The notes: generated from the sequence alone by a model not told the origin. A DNA stretch of 64,000 nucleotides from an uncultured delta proteobacterium (GCA_963712115.1 CAVQGX010000030.1:1-64000), one strand, 5' to 3'. Positions 1 to 10,974 are shown, counted from the first letter of the stretch. Numbers and translations: made by a program.

Positions 1-679
1 TTCCTCTTCGGTCTCAGGATACCAGGCTCGCCGGCTATTTTTTTGCCGTCCGGTGAAAACCAGGGCCCACCGCATAGCCCACCTTCTGGGTCAAGCGTCG
101 CAAGTTAGAGCCATCTGCATTTATAATGTAGATGTCGAAGTCTCCGTCCCTTTGAGAGCCGAAAACGATCTGGCTGCCATCGAGGAGACAATTGGTTCAG
201 CATCGTATTTGGGGTTGTCAGTAATTTTTATCATTCCTGAGCCGTCAGGATTGGCAATGAAGATGTCATAGGGAAAGAGAGGCCGGATAAAGTGGCCACC
301 TGTTGCGCGCCTCTGGCCTCGGCGGACAATCGCCAGGAAGGTGACTGGTGGAGGCAAAGACTATTTTTTCACCGTCGGGAAAGAAGAATGAACAGGTGTG
401 GGCTCCATGGTCGGGGCTGACTCTATGCTTGTCGGAACCATCAATGTTCATGAGCCAAATCTTGTCGCAGTCGTAGCCGCCGCGGCTGGACTGGTAAATG
501 AGCCTGCGACCATCAGGGCTGAAATAGGCCTCACCGTTATCTCCTTCGAAGGTGAGCTGGGTGACGTTCTTCATATGGTGATCCACGAATGGATACTCTC
601 CGGACTTTGGCAGCTCATTCTTTTCCACACACCCTGAAAGCAGGAAAAGCAACAACACAATGAAGGTGGTCCTTCTCAT
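1..679 (-). CDS. TolB-like PD40 beta-propeller lipoprotein, frameshifted and apparently running off the window edge
   Basis: Lipobox LSGC; repeats [40 protein letters not shown]; reading continues in other frames after ~300 and ~180. Confidence 0.75.
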
Positions 680-780
680 GATGATTCATCCGCTCCTGAT
701 GATCAAGTTGCCCTATTATAGCATTAAAGACCAGGGTGACCGCAGCCCACCCTGGGTTTTTGCCAGACCTTGTACTTCGG

Positions 781-1188
781 CTAAAAGGTGATTTGCATGG
801 CCTCATAGGGACAGGCGGGGATACAGAGTTCACAGGCAATGCACTTATCGTGGTCAAAGGAAACACGCATCTCTTTTCTTTCGACCAGAGTGCTCCAGTG
901 GGACAGACAGAGGCACAAGCGGTGCACTCGATGCATTTATCTTCGTGCCAGAGGACATCCTGGGCAAGTGGTTTGATATCTAATCCCAAGCCGGCAGCAT
1001 ACTGCAAGCCTGCATCGAGATCCTTTTTTCTTGCCGCTGACTTCTACCACTAATCTGCCCCATTCTCTGGGAGTAATTCGGGCCCTTAAAATGTTAATTT
1101 TTAAGTTGTGTTCAGTTATGAGTTGATATGTGACCGGCTGGTCGATCAAATGTGGTGGAAAATTTAACACCAATCTTTTTGTTGCCAT
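781..1188 (-). CDS. NIL domain + 2x[4Fe-4S] ferredoxin (iron-sulfur partner of aspartate-semialdehyde sulfurtransferase), with two compensating frameshifts
   Basis: MATKRLVLNFPPHLIDQPVTYQL..INILRARI (NIL); CIECTACASVCP in a second frame; CIACELCIPACP..QITF-stop back in the first frame (TAG at 781-783); extra base in a homopolymer near 1025. Confidence 0.85.
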
Positions 1189-1305
1189 GGTAAACCTCCA
1201 TAATCTTGAAATCCCAAGCTCCAAGCACCAAATCTAATGTTTTAGGTGTCAGGTGTCAGAGAGTAAAAGCGAAACACTTAAGCCTGAACACTGAAACCTC
1301 AGTCA

Positions 1306-2535
1306 TTAATCCACCGCCACCCGGGCGTTGTTGAAGATTGGTCTCTCCTGAAGGGGTTTGAATTTGATTCCCGAATCCACCGACGGCATGGGAGCCACGG
1401 GTTCGCTAAGGAGGAAGGAGCCGTCTGCAATCCAATCCTTCAGGGTGTTGGCAACTTCCCTGGCCCTGGAATAAGAAGACAGCCCGGCAGTAGGTACTTT
1501 CTTGCTCTTTACCGTTATAGAGCCAGACTTGAGCTGAGCATAGGTGACTTCGCCTAGGCTGCCCGGAATGCAGTTGGGATATGCTTCGCTGTAATCAACA
1601 ACCTGGGCAACTATGTCTTTGTCGGTTACTGCAGTATAGTTCAGCATCTCCTCATCCAGAATGGGAATGGGTATGCCAATTCCCACGGCCAGGGTGACAC
1701 CATAGCCGGTAAAAGAGGCACCGCGCAGCCAGCGATGGCTCATCTGCTTCAAATCACCCATAACTGCCAGGGTCCCGGCTCCCATGCGAGGCACTCCCGC
1801 GTCGGTGCGAGGTACGTCCGGGTTGTGCTGGGTTCCCCGATCCACCACATAGCCAATACCACCACCAAGGAATATACGTGTTCCTATCCCAATAGTGCGG
1901 TAAAGTGGATCATTGAGCAGAGGACTCAGTTGCCCTGCGCTGCAGTAGGTGGCGTTACGTAGTTTGGGGTGGAGTACCCCCATGTAGGTATAGATCATAC
2001 GGTCAGACAGGTTTACCGCCACGTTGTAGTTTTGGTAACCGTTTCGCATATTGAACAGCACTGCCTCGTTCATGTCCTCGAGCCTCACCCAGGTATCAAG
2101 CTTGCGACGAGGATAACAGTCGGTACCGTAGGCACGGCCAATGAGTTTGGCATCCTTGCCTGCAACCAAGTCTTCAATCAGGTGGCCGCCGCCGTAAGGA
2201 AATTTACCTGGATGGATCTTGTTTCGTGGGTCGTCGTCAGGTATGGCGGTGGCGCCTACGAAGAAATCCACCGCAGCAAATCCGGCATAGACTGGAATGT
2301 CATTCAAAGTGACACTGCCTCCGCCTAATTTAGTCCGCGGGTTGGAATGTCCAATATTGAAATAAGCCCCTGAGGAGCACATGGGCGCGAAGGTTCCGGT
2401 TGTGACTAAATCAACTTCTGCTGCTGCTTTCTTCGCGCCTTTACTCTTGACTACGGAGATGATTTCTTCGGCGGTGTAAACAACCGCCTTACCTCTTTTT
2501 ATCTTCTCATTGATTTCCTGGATGGTCTTTGCCAT
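1306..2535 (-). CDS. Homocysteine biosynthesis protein, DUF39 (L-aspartate semialdehyde sulfurtransferase, MA1821/MJ0100-like; no CBS domains)
   Basis: KTIQEINEKI, VDLVTTGTFAPMCSSG, YGGGHLIEDLV, GTDCYPR, RNGYQNY, GTQHNP; next to the NIL-ferredoxin. Confidence 0.92.
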   Translation of the reverse strand: MAKTIQEINEKIKRGKAVVYTAEEIISVVKSKGAKKAAAEVDLVTTGTFAPMCSSGAYFNIGHSNPRTKLGGGSVTLNDIPVYAGFAAVDFFVGATAIPDDDPRNKIHPGKFPYGGGHLIEDLVAGKDAKLIGRAYGTDCYPRRKLDTWVRLEDMNEAVLFNMRNGYQNYNVAVNLSDRMIYTYMGVLHPKLRNATYCSAGQLSPLLNDPLYRTIGIGTRIFLGGGIGYVVDRGTQHNPDVPRTDAGVPRMGAGTLAVMGDLKQMSHRWLRGASFTGYGVTLAVGIGIPIPILDEEMLNYTAVTDKDIVAQVVDYSEAYPNCIPGSLGEVTYAQLKSGSITVKSKKVPTAGLSSYSRAREVANTLKDWIADGSFLLSEPVAPMPSVDSGIKFKPLQERPIFNNARVAVD

Positions 2536-2654
2536 GAAATTCTCCTCTCTTGTCGATATTCATTCTCTGCCGCTTTGACTTTCTATTTCTAAGACCCCTG
2601 CCGGGGCGAACCATTATCCATAACATGAGACCACCCCCCTTCATTGCGCTTCGC

Positions 2655-2935
2655 GCAAAGTAAGCACTAAGCACTAGGCAGTAAGCAGTACAACTCGAAA
2701 CAGTGAACCCTCAATATCAAATTCGAAATCCTAAGCACGAAGCACGAAACAAATCCCAAATTCTAATTCTCCAATGCTCCCAACCCAAAAACTGGCATTC
2801 GTAACAGTGAGTTTTGGTCATTGGGATTTTGGAAATTAGAATTTGTTTCGGATTTCGATATTCGGATTTCGGATCTATCTGCAAACTCGGCATTGTTCCC
2901 CTTTGTGCCTAGTGCATAGTCCCTAGTGCCTAGTA
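2655..2935. repeat. Nested intergenic heptamer-repeat palindrome
   Basis: Outer aagcact/taggca units pair with tgcctag/tagtgc units; inner cgaaatc/aagcacg units pair with ggatttc tandem units. Confidence 0.75.
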
Positions 2936-2936
2936 G

Positions 2937-3851
2937 TTACGGCCAGGTGCTAATATAACGCTCTCCCGTGCTCGGGAGCAGAACTACGATAGTCTTACCT
3001 TTGTTTTCTTCTCGCCTGGCTGCTTGCAAGGCAGCCCAAGTGGCTGCGCCGCTTGAAATTCCGGCCAAGATGCCTTCTTCCCTTGCCAATCTTGCAGCCA
3101 TTTCTTCAGCAAGGTCAGCATTGACCTGGATTATCTCGTCGATTAGATCTACTCGGAGTACCGCCGGCACAAAGCCGGCACCTATGCCTTGAATCCTGTG
3201 CGGACCGGGTTGCCCTCCAGAGAGAACCGGTGATTCAGACGGTTCAACTGCAATGGCTTTGAAAGAAGGCTTTTTGGCTTTGATCACCTCGGCCACGCCG
3301 GTGATGGTCCCCCCGGTACCAACCCCTGACACGAATAGGTCAACCTCGCCGTCGGTGTCGTTCCAAATCTCCAGTGCGGTGGTCTCCCGATGGATGGCAG
3401 GGTTGGCTGGATTGGAAAATTGGTCTGGCATAAAGGCATGGGGAGTTAGGGCTGCCAGTTCCTCAGCTCTGTTGATCGCACCCTTGATGCCTTCACTTCC
3501 AGGGGTAAGCACCAGTTCCGCCCCCAATCTCGTTAGTAATTTGCGCCTCTCGATGGTCATGGTCTCCGGCATGGTGAGAATTAGCCGATAGCCCTTGCTG
3601 GCAGCAATCATTGCCAGGGCGATGCCTGTATTGCCACTGGTGGGTTCTATGATCACGCTCTCAGGTTTCAGCTTGCCCTGGAGCTCTGCAGCCTCAATCA
3701 TGCTCCGTCCGATACGGTCTTTGACGCTGCCCAATGGGTTGAAAAACTCCAACTTTGCCAAAATCTTTGTGCCTAATCCCTTGGCGATATTTTTGAGCTG
3801 AACCAGGGGGGTGAGACCAATGGTATGACCGATATCAGTATTGATTTTCAT
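2937..3851 (-). CDS. cysK: Cysteine synthase A
   Basis: [14 protein letters not shown] (PLP Lys), [28 protein letters not shown]. Confidence 0.95.
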   Translation of the reverse strand: MKINTDIGHTIGLTPLVQLKNIAKGLGTKILAKLEFFNPLGSVKDRIGRSMIEAAELQGKLKPESVIIEPTSGNTGIALAMIAASKGYRLILTMPETMTIERRKLLTRLGAELVLTPGSEGIKGAINRAEELAALTPHAFMPDQFSNPANPAIHRETTALEIWNDTDGEVDLFVSGVGTGGTITGVAEVIKAKKPSFKAIAVEPSESPVLSGGQPGPHRIQGIGAGFVPAVLRVDLIDEIIQVNADLAEEMAARLAREEGILAGISSGAATWAALQAARREENKGKTIVVLLPSTGERYISTWP

Positions 3852-3857
3852 TGACCT

Positions 3858-4844
3858 TTACCTCTCATTGGCTCCAGAGTCTGCATTCTTATAAATCAGC
3901 TTAGGCGGGGCCAGAAAAACTTTGGTTCCTGAGGGAACTGAAGAGGTAATCCAGACACTGCCGCCTATTACAGAGCCTGCCCCGATTACTGTCTCCCCCC
4001 CTAGTATGGTAGCACCGGCATAGATAGTAACATCGTCCTCTATGGTCGGATGCCTCTTTTCGTGCCGCAGTTGTTCCACCTCTTCCTTGGGCAAAGAGAG
4101 GGCGCCGAGGGTCACGCCTTGATAGATCCGCACACGTTTGCCTATTTCTGTGGTCTCACCGATGACAACCCCGGTGCCGTGGTCAATAAAAAAACTCTCA
4201 CCAATTGTTGCTCCCGGATGAATATCAATACCGGTGATGCTGTGCCCATGCTCTGACATCATTCTCGGCAAGAGAGGGATCTCCTGCAGCCAGAGTTGGT
4301 GAGCAATCCGGTGAATGGTTGTGGCCAGTAAGCCTGGGTAGCTTATTATCACTTCATCAATGGTCTTGGCGGCGGGATCACCATCGTAGGCAGCCTGCAC
4401 ATCGGTTGTCAGAATTCTTCTTATTTCCGGTAGATGCTCCAGAAAGCGGGCCGCTTCCCTTTGGCCTCGTTCTTGACAATGAGTGCACACCAACTGGTAT
4501 CGTTGGCAATCATGTCGAATACTCAAAGCGATTGCTTCAGAAAGGGTCTCGAAAAGCCTGGTAACCTCAACCCCAATGGCGTATTCCAACTGGTTAGCAT
4601 CCAATACCTGTCTGTTGAAGTAACCTGGGAATAGCAATCGTCTTGCTCGCTGAGTGATCTCGACGGTCAGTTCCGTGGATGGAATAAGTTCGGCGTCCAC
4701 GTGGGCGAATAGGTCAGGATCAAGGCTGGAAGCAACGACCTCCGAGATAATTGGTGGCAGCTGGTCACGAATTTTAGTACTAACCTCGAAGGCCAGGCGG
4801 CAGGCTTCGGTATCTTTATCGTGAGACTGTTGTACTGGACTCAT
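3858..4844 (-). CDS. cysE: Serine O-acetyltransferase (EpsC/CysE type)
   Basis: AAYDGDPAA, ISYPG, GIDIHPGATIG, FFIDHGTG, KRHPTI; start placed at ATG 4844 after GGAAGG. Confidence 0.92.
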   Translation of the reverse strand: MSPVQQSHDKDTEACRLAFEVSTKIRDQLPPIISEVVASSLDPDLFAHVDAELIPSTELTVEITQRARRLLFPGYFNRQVLDANQLEYAIGVEVTRLFETLSEAIALSIRHDCQRYQLVCTHCQERGQREAARFLEHLPEIRRILTTDVQAAYDGDPAAKTIDEVIISYPGLLATTIHRIAHQLWLQEIPLLPRMMSEHGHSITGIDIHPGATIGESFFIDHGTGVVIGETTEIGKRVRIYQGVTLGALSLPKEEVEQLRHEKRHPTIEDDVTIYAGATILGGETVIGAGSVIGGSVWITSSVPSGTKVFLAPPKLIYKNADSGANER

Positions 4845-4949
4845 AATCTTCCTTCCCAAGGCACGTACGTCTAGGCCTAAAAACTTTGAAGCTGGTGTAG
4901 TCCTGGTTGCTTAATTGAGGTAAGGTGGCGGGAACCCGTTGCGTGGCGA

Positions 4950-5084
4950 TCAGACTTGGGGGAGGCTTTGGGATGGTGCCATGCAGGATCTGGTCAGCCA
5001 AACCACCTGCGGGTAGAAGCCCCCAGCCCTACCGTTCAACAATACAGGGCAACAACAACACATGTCGTCATCACACATGACCAT
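4950..5084 (-). CDS. Putative Cys-rich leader peptide MVMCDDDMCCCCPVLL... (44 aa)
   Basis: SD-like GAAAGGGGGTGGT; TGT TGT TGT TGC at 5060-5049; TGA at 4952-4950; lies between a promoter and cysE; below the ORF-track length cutoff. Confidence 0.72.
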   Translation of the reverse strand: MVMCDDDMCCCCPVLLNGRAGGFYPQVVWLTRSCMAPSQSLPQV

Positions 5085-5136
5085 ATCCACGTCACCACCC
5101 CCTTTCAATTATCATACCTTGCTGGTAGGGTAATGA

Positions 5137-5164
5137 AGTATATCACAACAAATACCTATGTCAA
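5137..5164 (-). promoter_or_regulatory. Sigma70 promoter of the leader-cysE-cysK transcript
   Basis: TTGACA-N16-TATACT on the minus strand. Confidence 0.7.
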
Positions 5165-5363
5165 GAAAAGCCCAAAACATTCTGTCATTTTTTTATTTAG
5201 AGCGTTGAGATTGCCCCATGCCCTTATGACGGATTGTAAACTTTGCTATGTAATGTAAGTGACTATTGAAGCGATCGAATGGCGCAAAGCTCGGGGTGAG
5301 GTATGCAACTTATGTTAAGCCTTCGCAGACTTGCAGCGAGGCAAAAGGCGCGGGAATCAAACA

Positions 5364-7277
5364 ATGGCAGACTCTGATAAAAAGATTACTTTGCTTACAG
5401 AGCAAGACCTCTACCTTTTCAACGAGGGAAGTCACTTCCGCTTACACGAAAAATTGGGATCACACGTGATCTCAGAGGGGGGTCTGCAGGGAACTTACTT
5501 TGCAGTTTGGGCGCCCGATGCTGAGAAGGTTTTTGTCATGGGTGACTTCAACGGCTGGAGCAAGGATAATCACTCCCTCCAACCTAAAGGCCGCTCGGGA
5601 ATCTGGGAAGGATTTATTCCTGGAGTGGACAAGGGTGCCCGTTACAAGTATCACGTTGTTTCTCGTTATCAAGGCTATCGGGTGGATAAGGCCGATCCCT
5701 TTGCCTTTTACAATGACCCGCCTCCGGAAACCGCTTCCGTAGTCTGGGACTTGGACTACACCTGGGGTGACCAGGAGTGGATGGCAAACCGCGGTAGCCG
5801 CATTTCGCCAGACTCCCCCATTTCCATCTACGAACTTCACCTAGGGTCGTGGATGAGGGCGGTTGAAGAGGACAATCGTTGGCTGACTTACAGGGAGCTT
5901 GCCCCCAGGCTAGCAGAGTATATAAAGAAGTTGGCCTTCACCCATGTGCAGTTCCTTCCGGTGATGGAGCACCCGTTTTATGGCTCTTGGGGTTATCAGG
6001 TCAGAGGATTCTTCGCTCCCACCAGTCGATACGGTACACCACAGGATTTCATGTATCTCATAGATTATCTGCATCAACATGACATTGGGGTGATTCTGGA
6101 TTGGGTGCCCTCGCATTTCCCCACAGACGAGCACTCCATCGGGTTTTTTGACGGGACGCATCTTTATGAACATGCGGATCCGCAAAAAGGATTCCACCCG
6201 GATTGGAAGAGCTTCATCTTCAACTATGGCCGGGCTGAGGTCCGCAGTTTCCTCATAAGTAGTGCTCTTTACTGGCTGGATACCTATCACGCGGACGGCT
6301 TGCGGGTGGACGCTGTTGCTTCCATGCTCTATCTGGACTATTCTCGGGAAGAAGGCGAGTGGATTCCCAATGTCTACGGCGGCCGCGAAAACCTGGACGC
6401 CATTACCTTTCTCCGCCGCCTCAACGAGGAGGTTTATCGCGTCCATCCAGATGTGCAGACCATAGCTGAGGAATCAACCGCATGGCCCATGGTTTCTAGC
6501 CCTACCTATGTGGGTGGCCTTGGTTTCGGGATGAAATGGGATATGGGTTGGATGTACGACACCTTGACCTACATGTCCAAAGATCCCATTTTTAGAAAGT
6601 ATCATCATAACCAACTTACCTTTCGAGTTCTGTACGCCTTCAGCGAAAACTTTGTCCTGCCGCTCTCACACGATGAGGTTGTGCACGGTAAAGGCTCGCT
6701 CATCGGCAAGATGCCGGGAGATATTTGGCGGAAGTTTGCCAATCTCAGGCTCTTATTTGGGTACATGTACGCCCAGCCGGCAAAAAAGCTGCTCTTTATG
6801 GGAGGAGAATTCGGTCAGTGGCGGGAGTGGTATCACGAAGAAGCTCTGGATTGGCGCTTGCTCGACTTCCCATCCCACGCCGGGCTACAACGCTGGGTGC
6901 AAAATCTGAATCAAAGCTATCGCAGCGAAAAGGCATTACATGAACTTGACTTTGAGCCGCAAGGGTTTGAATGGATCGATTGCAACGACACTGAGCAGAG
7001 TACTCTCAGCCTCATTCGCAAGGCCCGGTCCACCCGGGAGATGGTACTGGTAGTTCTCAACTTTACGCCCACACCCCGCTATAGCTACAAGGTGGGTGTT
7101 CCCCAAGGCGGATTTTGGCGGGAACTGCTCAACAGTGACGGTGAAGAGTTCGGCGGCAGCGGGCACGGCAATTTTGGCGGCATGGACGCTGTGCCCATTG
7201 AAGTCCACGGCAGACCTTACTCTCTGAACCTCACCCTTCCACCTCTGGGAGCATTGTTCTTTAAACACGAAGGATAG
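5364..7277 (+). CDS. glgB: 1,4-alpha-glucan branching enzyme (GH13)
   Basis: FAVWAP, YELHLGSW, EHPFYGSWGYQ, GLRVDAVASMLY, AEEST, LSHDEVVHGKGSL. Confidence 0.96.
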   Translation: MADSDKKITLLTEQDLYLFNEGSHFRLHEKLGSHVISEGGLQGTYFAVWAPDAEKVFVMGDFNGWSKDNHSLQPKGRSGIWEGFIPGVDKGARYKYHVVSRYQGYRVDKADPFAFYNDPPPETASVVWDLDYTWGDQEWMANRGSRISPDSPISIYELHLGSWMRAVEEDNRWLTYRELAPRLAEYIKKLAFTHVQFLPVMEHPFYGSWGYQVRGFFAPTSRYGTPQDFMYLIDYLHQHDIGVILDWVPSHFPTDEHSIGFFDGTHLYEHADPQKGFHPDWKSFIFNYGRAEVRSFLISSALYWLDTYHADGLRVDAVASMLYLDYSREEGEWIPNVYGGRENLDAITFLRRLNEEVYRVHPDVQTIAEESTAWPMVSSPTYVGGLGFGMKWDMGWMYDTLTYMSKDPIFRKYHHNQLTFRVLYAFSENFVLPLSHDEVVHGKGSLIGKMPGDIWRKFANLRLLFGYMYAQPAKKLLFMGGEFGQWREWYHEEALDWRLLDFPSHAGLQRWVQNLNQSYRSEKALHELDFEPQGFEWIDCNDTEQSTLSLIRKARSTREMVLVVLNFTPTPRYSYKVGVPQGGFWRELLNSDGEEFGGSGHGNFGGMDAVPIEVHGRPYSLNLTLPPLGALFFKHEG

Positions 7278-7458
7278 CCCGGATGTTCCATGAATCGCCT
7301 ACTGCGACCACGGATATGGCCGTCCTTCCGTGCGTCCTCAGGTGTAGGCCCCTGCGACGTACCATTCAGGTACGCCTCGGGACCAACACCCTGCGGTTGC
7401 CCGGTGGCACGCCCATCTTCGTGGTCTCGTGACACCATTTCATGAAACATCCGGGCTA
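7275..7458. mobile_element. MITE-like element family A, copy 1
   Basis: TIR TAGCCCGGATGTTCCATGAA / TTCATGAAACATCCGGGCTA; begins at the glgB stop codon. Confidence 0.85.
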
Positions 7459-7664
7459 GATGTAGGATGTGAGATTTCGGATTTCGGATTTCGGATTGCG
7501 GATTGATGAAAGGCACAAGGCACAAGGCAGCAGAAGACTAAATTTTTTCCTTGCGCCCTGAGCCTTGAGCCGTGCGCCTCTCTGGCTACTGGCTACTATC
7601 TACAAGCAAGTATATAACAACTGACAACGGATCCGCCTTCGGCGGAACAACGGACAATAGTAAT

Positions 7665-10089
7665 ATGGAACGATACGTCTGCATTCACGGCCACTTTTAC
7701 CAGCCGCCAAGGGAAAATCCCTGGTTGGAAGTAATTGAACAACAGGATGAAGCCCGTCCATATCACGACTGGAACGAGAAAATTACCGCAAGAGTGCTAC
7801 GCAGCCAACTGCGCCTCTCGGATCTTGGATCAACAGGGGCGCATCGAGCGTATAGTAAATAATTACGCCAAGATGAGCTTCAATTTTGGCCCGACCTTGT
7901 TGACCTGGTTAGAGATAAATACCCCTGAAGTATATGAGGCCATTAAGGAAGCCGATCGCTTGAGCCAAAATAAGTTTTCTGGCCACGGTTCGGCCCTGGC
8001 TCAGGCTTACAATCACATGATTCTGCCCCTGGCCAATCAAAGGGATAAATACACTCAGGTACATTGGGGCATAAGAGATTTTCAGCACCGTTTCGGCCGT
8101 GACCCTGAAGGGATGTGGCTGCCTGAAACCGCAATTGACCTGGAGAGCCTGGAAGTACTGGCAGAGCTAGGAATTCGGTTCACTATTCTTGCGCCAAGAC
8201 AAGCCTACAGAGTACGGGAGATGACAGGTGGAGATTGGCTGGATGTGAGTGGCGAAAGAATCGATACCACCATGGCCTACACCTTACGACTACCTTCAGG
8301 AAGAACCATTGCCATATTCTTTTATCATGGGCCTTTGTCCCGTGCCGTGGCCTTTGAAACAGTATTGAAAGATGGAGAATCCTTTGCCAGGAGGTTGCTG
8401 GATGGCTTTTCAGTAGAAGATAACCGCCCACAGCTGGCTCATATAGCCACGGACGGGGAGACTTACGGACACCATCACCCTTTCGGAGACATGGCCCTCT
8501 CCTTTGCCCTCAATTACCTTGAGAGCAAAGAGCTAGCCCGTCTCACTAACTATGGTGAATTCCTGGCAAAACATCCTCCCACCCACGAAGTTGAAATCTT
8601 TGAAAACTCTTCCTGGAGCTGCTCCCACGGGATAGAGCGATGGCGAAGCGATTGTGGTTGTTATACTGGTGGGCACTCGGAGTGGAATCAGGCGTGGCGG
8701 GTTTCTTTAAGAGAGTCTTTTGACCGGTTGCGCGATAGTGTTGTTCCTTTTTTTGAAAACAAGGCAAGTGAGTTCCTACACGATCCCTGGTCGGCGAGAA
8801 ACAGCTACATAGGAGTAGTCCTGGAGCGCTCGCCGGAAAGCATTTACAGGTTTATGCAAGAGCAGGTTTTCAGGCCGCTGACCGAGGAAGAAAGAGTTAC
8901 GGTCTTGAAACTTATGGAGTTGCAGAGACATTCAATGCTCATGTATACAAGCTGCGGCTGGTTCTTCGATGATCTGGCGGGAATCGAGACAGTTCAGGTA
9001 ATAAGTTACGGAGCCCGGGTAATTCAACTGGCCCAGGAACTTTTTGGCAATGCACTGGAGAGAGAATTTTTAGAAATACTGGGACAGGGGAAGAGCAATC
9101 GCGCTGATCTGGGTGATGGAAGGGAGATCTATGAAAAGCTTGTCCGTCCTTCCATCTTCAATCTGGCCAGGGTGGCCGCTCACTACGGAGTGGAAAGCCT
9201 GTTTAATGATTATCCTAAGCAGGCCAAGGTATACTGCTACACTGCAGAAAGCCAGGACAAACAATTCCACGAGGCCGGAAGGGCGAAGCTGGCTTTGGGG
9301 AAGGCCAGGGTCACCTCGGACATAACTCTGGAGTCAGCAGTACTTGGTTACGCAGTTCTACACATAGGTGACCATAACCTTAGTGGGGGCGTAAAGGAAT
9401 TTCCAGAGGATAATTCATATGGAGAGATAGCAAAGGAGCTGTGTAGGGCTTTCAGTTCAGCTGATTTTACCAAGACAATTCGTGTTTTGGACAGAAATTT
9501 CGGTGATTCTACCTTTGACCTAAAGTCTCTCTTTGCCGACGAGCAGAGAAAGATATTGAAACTGATGTTGCAGACGACTCTAGAAGAGATCGAGGCAGAT
9601 TACCGACAGCTTTACGAGTATCACACCCCTCTTCTAAGGTTTCTCAAGGATGCGGGCACCCCACCACCCAAGGCTTTGTATACAGTCGCTGAGTTCGTCT
9701 TAAATGTGGAATTACATCGAGCGTTCGAAAATGACGACCTTGAACTGAATCGCATTGAACATTTGTTGCGAGAGGCTCAATTGGAGGGTATCTCCTTGGA
9801 GGGCGAATCACTTGATTACAGGATTAGAAAGGCACTTGAGCGGCTAGCAAATAGACTCGAAGCAGATCCTGAAGATTTTTCAGTGCTCCATAAACTGGAG
9901 CAAGCCACCGCACTGGTCAGTGGGTTGCCATTCAAAGTAAATCTGTGGGAGGTTCAGAACATCTGCTTTGGGATGCTGGATACGGTTTACCAAGGATACC
10001 AGGCCAGAGCGGAACAAGGGGATGAGCGGGCAGGAGAATGGCTGCAAGCCTTCAGGAACATTGCCAAGAGTTTGGCGGTGCGGGTATAG
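7665..10089 (+). CDS. GH57 / DUF3536 glycoside hydrolase, one frameshift near 7790
   Basis: MERYVCIHGHFYQPPRENPW in one frame continues as ECYAAN..SFNFGPTLL..GMWLPET..ATDGETYGHH..SWSCSHG..MYTSCGWFFD in the next. Confidence 0.9.
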
Positions 10090-10137
10090 TCGACCATGTT
10101 CTAAATTCCGGATGAACCTAAATTGTCACCAAGGTAA

Positions 10138-10974
10138 TTGCAAGGTGGTAAGGTGGAATCTAGAGTTGAGGATCTTTTGTTTTACTTGGGTAAGGTAGCA
10201 GAAAGGCTGTGTTTCATCGAAGCAGCAGCGGGCACGGCCGGAAATATCTCTGTGAGTGCTGACGATTTTCCAGTTGAAGAATTTCCGCAAATAGGTGCCA
10301 GGGAAAAAATGCGTCACGAGATGGATAGAGATTTGCCCGAGCTTCATAATAAAAGATTTGTCATTACAGGCTCTGGCAAGAATCTGCGCTACATCGCCCA
10401 TCGGCCGCACCTATGTCTTGCTTTGGTCGAAATAGCCAAAGGGGGATACAATATACTCTGGGGGCTGAAGGAAGGGGAAAAGATTACCTCTGAGCATCCT
10501 GCCCATTTTACTATTTACCAGCGGAGGCCCAAAATCTCAGCCGTGATCCATGGGCAACCAACCAGCGTCAACGTCCTGGTTAGACTTTTTCGCAGCGAGG
10601 CAAGCCTCAATAGTTTAATGTTTGTTCAGCACGAACAGCTGAAAATCTGCTGTCCAGATGGAATTGGCCTGGTTGAAAGGGTTAAACACGGCTCGTATGA
10701 GCTGGCAGACGCAGTGGCAACTTCCCTTGAGAGTAAGGATATCTGCGCTGTTGTCCGGCATGGAACTTTTTCAGCTGGTGAGGGTAATTCTATTGATGGA
10801 CTGAATCGAGCCTGTGACCTGCAGGAATATTATCACGACGCAGCCAGAACTTTTCTCGACAATCCTTGGCTGAGGCTGCTGCCCTTCGATTTTATGATTA
10901 AGAATCTTGGAAGAGTCTCCCGCCTGCCCCTAGGGGATAAGATGGTTAATGCCTTCCTCCGACCGCCAAAGTAA
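10138..10974 (+). CDS. Class II aldolase/adducin family protein (RhaD-like)
   Basis: TAGNISV, ITGSGKNLR, TSEHPAH, AVIHGQP, VRHGTF. Confidence 0.7.
   Translation: MQGGKVESRVEDLLFYLGKVAERLCFIEAAAGTAGNISVSADDFPVEEFPQIGAREKMRHEMDRDLPELHNKRFVITGSGKNLRYIAHRPHLCLALVEIAKGGYNILWGLKEGEKITSEHPAHFTIYQRRPKISAVIHGQPTSVNVLVRLFRSEASLNSLMFVQHEQLKICCPDGIGLVERVKHGSYELADAVATSLESKDICAVVRHGTFSAGEGNSIDGLNRACDLQEYYHDAARTFLDNPWLRLLPFDFMIKNLGRVSRLPLGDKMVNAFLRPPK

Noticed and set aside
5265-5345. GGCGCAAAGC upstream of glgB as a c-di-GMP-I riboswitch
   Set aside because: No GGCAAA...GAAA P2 hairpin and no recognisable P3.
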